From an uncultured Oscillospiraceae bacterium (GTDB taxonomy: Bacteria > Bacillota > Clostridia > Oscillospirales > Acutalibacteraceae): a stretch of 64,000 nt of DNA. A model generated the notes under the pieces. The model worked only from the letters and a program-made list of their open reading frames with translations. It ran no database searches and had not been told where the DNA came from. Positions 62,018 to 64,000 of this stretch are shown piece after piece. A program made the position numbers and the translations under genes. How positions within the stretch are numbered: the stretch's first letter is position 1; every line of letters begins with the position of its first letter. The stretch is from the NCBI GenBank assembly GCA_900543795.1, contig UQSH01000001.1:51562-115561 (forward strand), written 5' to 3'.

Positions 62018-62046
62018 AGTATATACTTATCATACGCAAATGTCAA
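62018..62046 (-). promoter_or_regulatory. sigmaA-type promoter driving the NTase/Zn-ribbon pair
   Basis: On the minus strand: TTGACA - 17 nt - TATACT, about 60 nt upstream of the NTase ATG. The leader contains a TAGATT-N7-AATCTA palindrome. Confidence 0.45.
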
Positions 62047-62250
62047 CAATTTTTCAACAAATTTCGATGTTCTTACGAAAAAGAACTGACAAGCATATTT
62101 AAGGTTGGGTTTTGTCCTACTCGCTGTCGACTTATTGAGAGGGTAGTTAAAAACCGCTTGTTTTTAACTACTTAATGACTGTCTGAATGGAATGTGATTT
62201 TGCGATTTTCGCATACTGTAACAAGCAGGGAAACTGTACGGACAGTTTCC

Positions 62251-62300
62251 AGAAACAAAAAAACATGGTGTATCATCGTAAGATACGATGCACATCATGT
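62251..62300 (-). terminator. nadC terminator (hairpin + T-run on minus strand)
   Basis: Imperfect ~10 bp stem CATGGTGTATCATCG/ACGATGCACATCATG preceded on the plus strand by an A-run. Further perfect hairpins at 62229-62250 and 62143-62171. Confidence 0.4.
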
Positions 62301-62370
62301 TTTTTACATAAATAACTCCTTATGTGGTGTTGCCAAAAACGAACACCTGTTTTTGTATGTATAAATATAT

Positions 62371-63210
62371 TTAATCTGTCGGAATAAGGTTTTTTAGGCT
62401 TAAATCCATTATCGGAGCAGAGTGAGTCAGCGCTCCGCAGGAAACGAAGTCAACGCCTATTTCTGCAATTTCACGAAGCCTTTCCTTCGTAACATTGCCC
62501 GAGCATTCCGTCTGCGCTTTGCCGTTTATCAATTCAACGCATTTGCGCATAACCTCGTTTGTCATATTATCAAGCATTATAATATCCGCACCTGCGTCAA
62601 GAGCCTCCTTAACCTGCTCAATTGTTTCCGTTTCAATCTCGATTTTTCTTACAAACGGAGCATAGGCCTTTGCCATTTCAATCGCCCTTGTTATTGAGCC
62701 TGCCGCACCGATATGATTATCTTTAAGCAAAACTCCGTCGGAAAGGTTGTATCTGTGGTTGGTTGCTCCGCCTACGGTTACTGCGTATTTCTCAAACGGT
62801 CGCATATTAGGGGTTGTTTTTCTTGTGTCAAGCAAAACTGTTTTGTATCCCTTTAACTCGTCGTTATATTCCTTTGTTATTGTTGCAATTCCGCTCATTC
62901 TTTGAAGATAGTTAAGTGCGGTGCGTTCGCCGGAAAGAATAGCCTTTATATCGCCTTTGATAACGCCGATAAGCTGCCCCTTTTCAACATAATCGCCGTC
63001 CTTAACATTTGTTTCAAAATGTGATTTTTCATCAAGAATTTTAAAGGTGCGTTCAAAAACATCAAGTCCGCAGATTATACCGTTGCTTTTGCAGATTAAA
63101 TCTGCCTTTCCGTTTTTGTTTTCCGGCATAACGGCGTTTGTTGAAACATCCTCGCTTGTTATATCCTCTTTTAATGTGTTGATGATATAATCGTCAACAT
63201 TAATTTTCAT
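62371..63210 (-). CDS. nadC: nicotinate-nucleotide diphosphorylase (carboxylating), quinolinate phosphoribosyltransferase
   Basis: QAPRTase fold motifs (LLDTRKTTPNMR, ..IIMLDNM...). Start uncertain between 63210 and 63228. Overlaps the nadB stop. Confidence 0.8.
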   Translation of the reverse strand: MKINVDDYIINTLKEDITSEDVSTNAVMPENKNGKADLICKSNGIICGLDVFERTFKILDEKSHFETNVKDGDYVEKGQLIGVIKGDIKAILSGERTALNYLQRMSGIATITKEYNDELKGYKTVLLDTRKTTPNMRPFEKYAVTVGGATNHRYNLSDGVLLKDNHIGAAGSITRAIEMAKAYAPFVRKIEIETETIEQVKEALDAGADIIMLDNMTNEVMRKCVELINGKAQTECSGNVTKERLREIAEIGVDFVSCGALTHSAPIMDLSLKNLIPTD

Positions 63211-64000
63211 CGTTACACCACTTATCATAAAACGCCTTGTCCTTTCTTTCAATCTCGTTCATAATGAGCTCCTTGAATTTTCTTTCTCGCTCCTTCTTTT
63301 GAGGGTAAGCCGAAAAATCAATGTCGGGCTCATAGGCTTCCTTTTCATCATCGCAGCTGGCAATCAAATCTGCCGCCCTTTTTGAGAAAACAAGGCTTTC
63401 AAGCAGGCTGTTTGAAGCAAGCCGGTTTCTGCCGTGAACGCCGTTGCAGGCGGTTTCTCCAACTGCGTAAAGGTGCTTCATAGAGGTTTTGCCGTTAATA
63501 TCCGTTTTTATTCCGCCCATCATATAATGTTGACCGGGAGTAACGGGAACCTTGTCTCTTGTAATATCGTAGCCCTCCTCCATACAAGCCTCAAAAATGT
63601 TCGGAAAGCGTTTTCTTGCCTCCTCGCTCGTCATGGTCGGCAGGGTTATATAAACATGGTCTGTGCCGAATTTTTCCATTTCTCTGCATATAGCTTCGGT
63701 AACAACATCTCTCGGTTGAAGCTCATCGGTAAAGCGCTCGCCGTTTTCATTCAGCAGAATTGCGCCCTCTCCTCTAACGCTTTCGCTGATAAGAAAGCGC
63801 CGTCCGCTTTTTTTACTGTAAAGCGTTGTGGGATGAATTTGAATATAATTTATATCCTGAAGCTCAATGTTGTGCATAAGCGCAAGCGCAAAGGAATCGC
63901 CGGTTATATGCGAAAAATTAGTAGAATTTTTGAAAAGTCCTCCTATTCCGCCTGTTGCAAGAATAATATCTCTTGCAATAATAGCGCCGCTTTCGCCAAG
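63200..64000 (-). CDS. nadB: L-aspartate oxidase (3' part; gene continues beyond the window end)
   Basis: FAD-dependent succinate dehydrogenase/fumarate reductase-like flavoprotein C-terminal domains (RGEGA, H.MGG). The open frame continues to nt 64000. Confidence 0.8.
   Translation of the reverse strand, partial: LGESGAIIARDIILATGGIGGLFKNSTNFSHITGDSFALALMHNIELQDINYIQIHPTTLYSKKSGRRFLISESVRGEGAILLNENGERFTDELQPRDVVTEAICREMEKFGTDHVYITLPTMTSEEARKRFPNIFEACMEEGYDITRDKVPVTPGQHYMMGGIKTDINGKTSMKHLYAVGETACNGVHGRNRLASNSLLESLVFSKRAADLIASCDDEKEAYEPDIDFSAYPQKKERERKFKELIMNEIERKDKAFYDKWCNDEN

Noticed and set aside
1-64000. CRISPR arrays, rRNA/tRNA genes, T-box or other riboswitches
   Set aside because: No regularly spaced direct repeats and no tRNA-like cloverleaf candidates were found by eye. 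The leaders of gltX/glnS and proBA are too short or unstructured for T-box elements. The only structured leader identified is the rplJ (L10) leader.

Overview
This is a low-GC Firmicutes chromosome segment from a Clostridia-like endospore former (cotJA/cotJB/cotJC', ypeB). A degenerate dockerin-like remnant hints at a Ruminococcus/Oscillospiraceae-type host. Nt 1-10768 hold a very AT-rich rhamnoside/rhamnose utilisation cluster (GH2, GH1, sugar-phosphate isomerase, GH78 alpha-L-rhamnosidase, rhaB-rhaA-rhaD). Nt ~10769-16725 hold a ~6 kb integrative-mobilisable-element-like module: small ORFs, wHTH, RHH, a MOBP-type relaxase broken by an in-frame TGA, a probable oriT, and a large serine recombinase. 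The 3' end of the recombinase gene abuts a truncated 5' fragment of the spore-coat gene cotJC (Mn-catalase family). Intact cotJB and cotJA lie 2 kb further right, with gtrB-gtrA in between. This looks like a serine-recombinase element interrupting a mother-cell sporulation gene, and it is the most interesting feature of the window. The rest is mostly housekeeping: an orphan mazF/ndoA-like toxin, dut, rpsU, aroQ, efp, ypeB, proBA, a MOP flippase, glgP, a GH13 amylase-family enzyme, two flavoproteins, rpmG-secE-nusG-rplK-rplA-rplJ-rplL with the L10 leader, a five-gene glycosyltransferase cluster, a CUT2 sugar ABC transporter, hemW-typA-glnS-gltX, a TetR regulator, an [FeFe]-hydrogenase, a lone FRG-domain protein, an M28 peptidase, an AT-rich two-gene islet (Pol-beta-type nucleotidyltransferase plus zinc-ribbon membrane protein) with its own sigmaA promoter, and nadC-nadB. 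No CRISPR array or rRNA/tRNA gene was seen.
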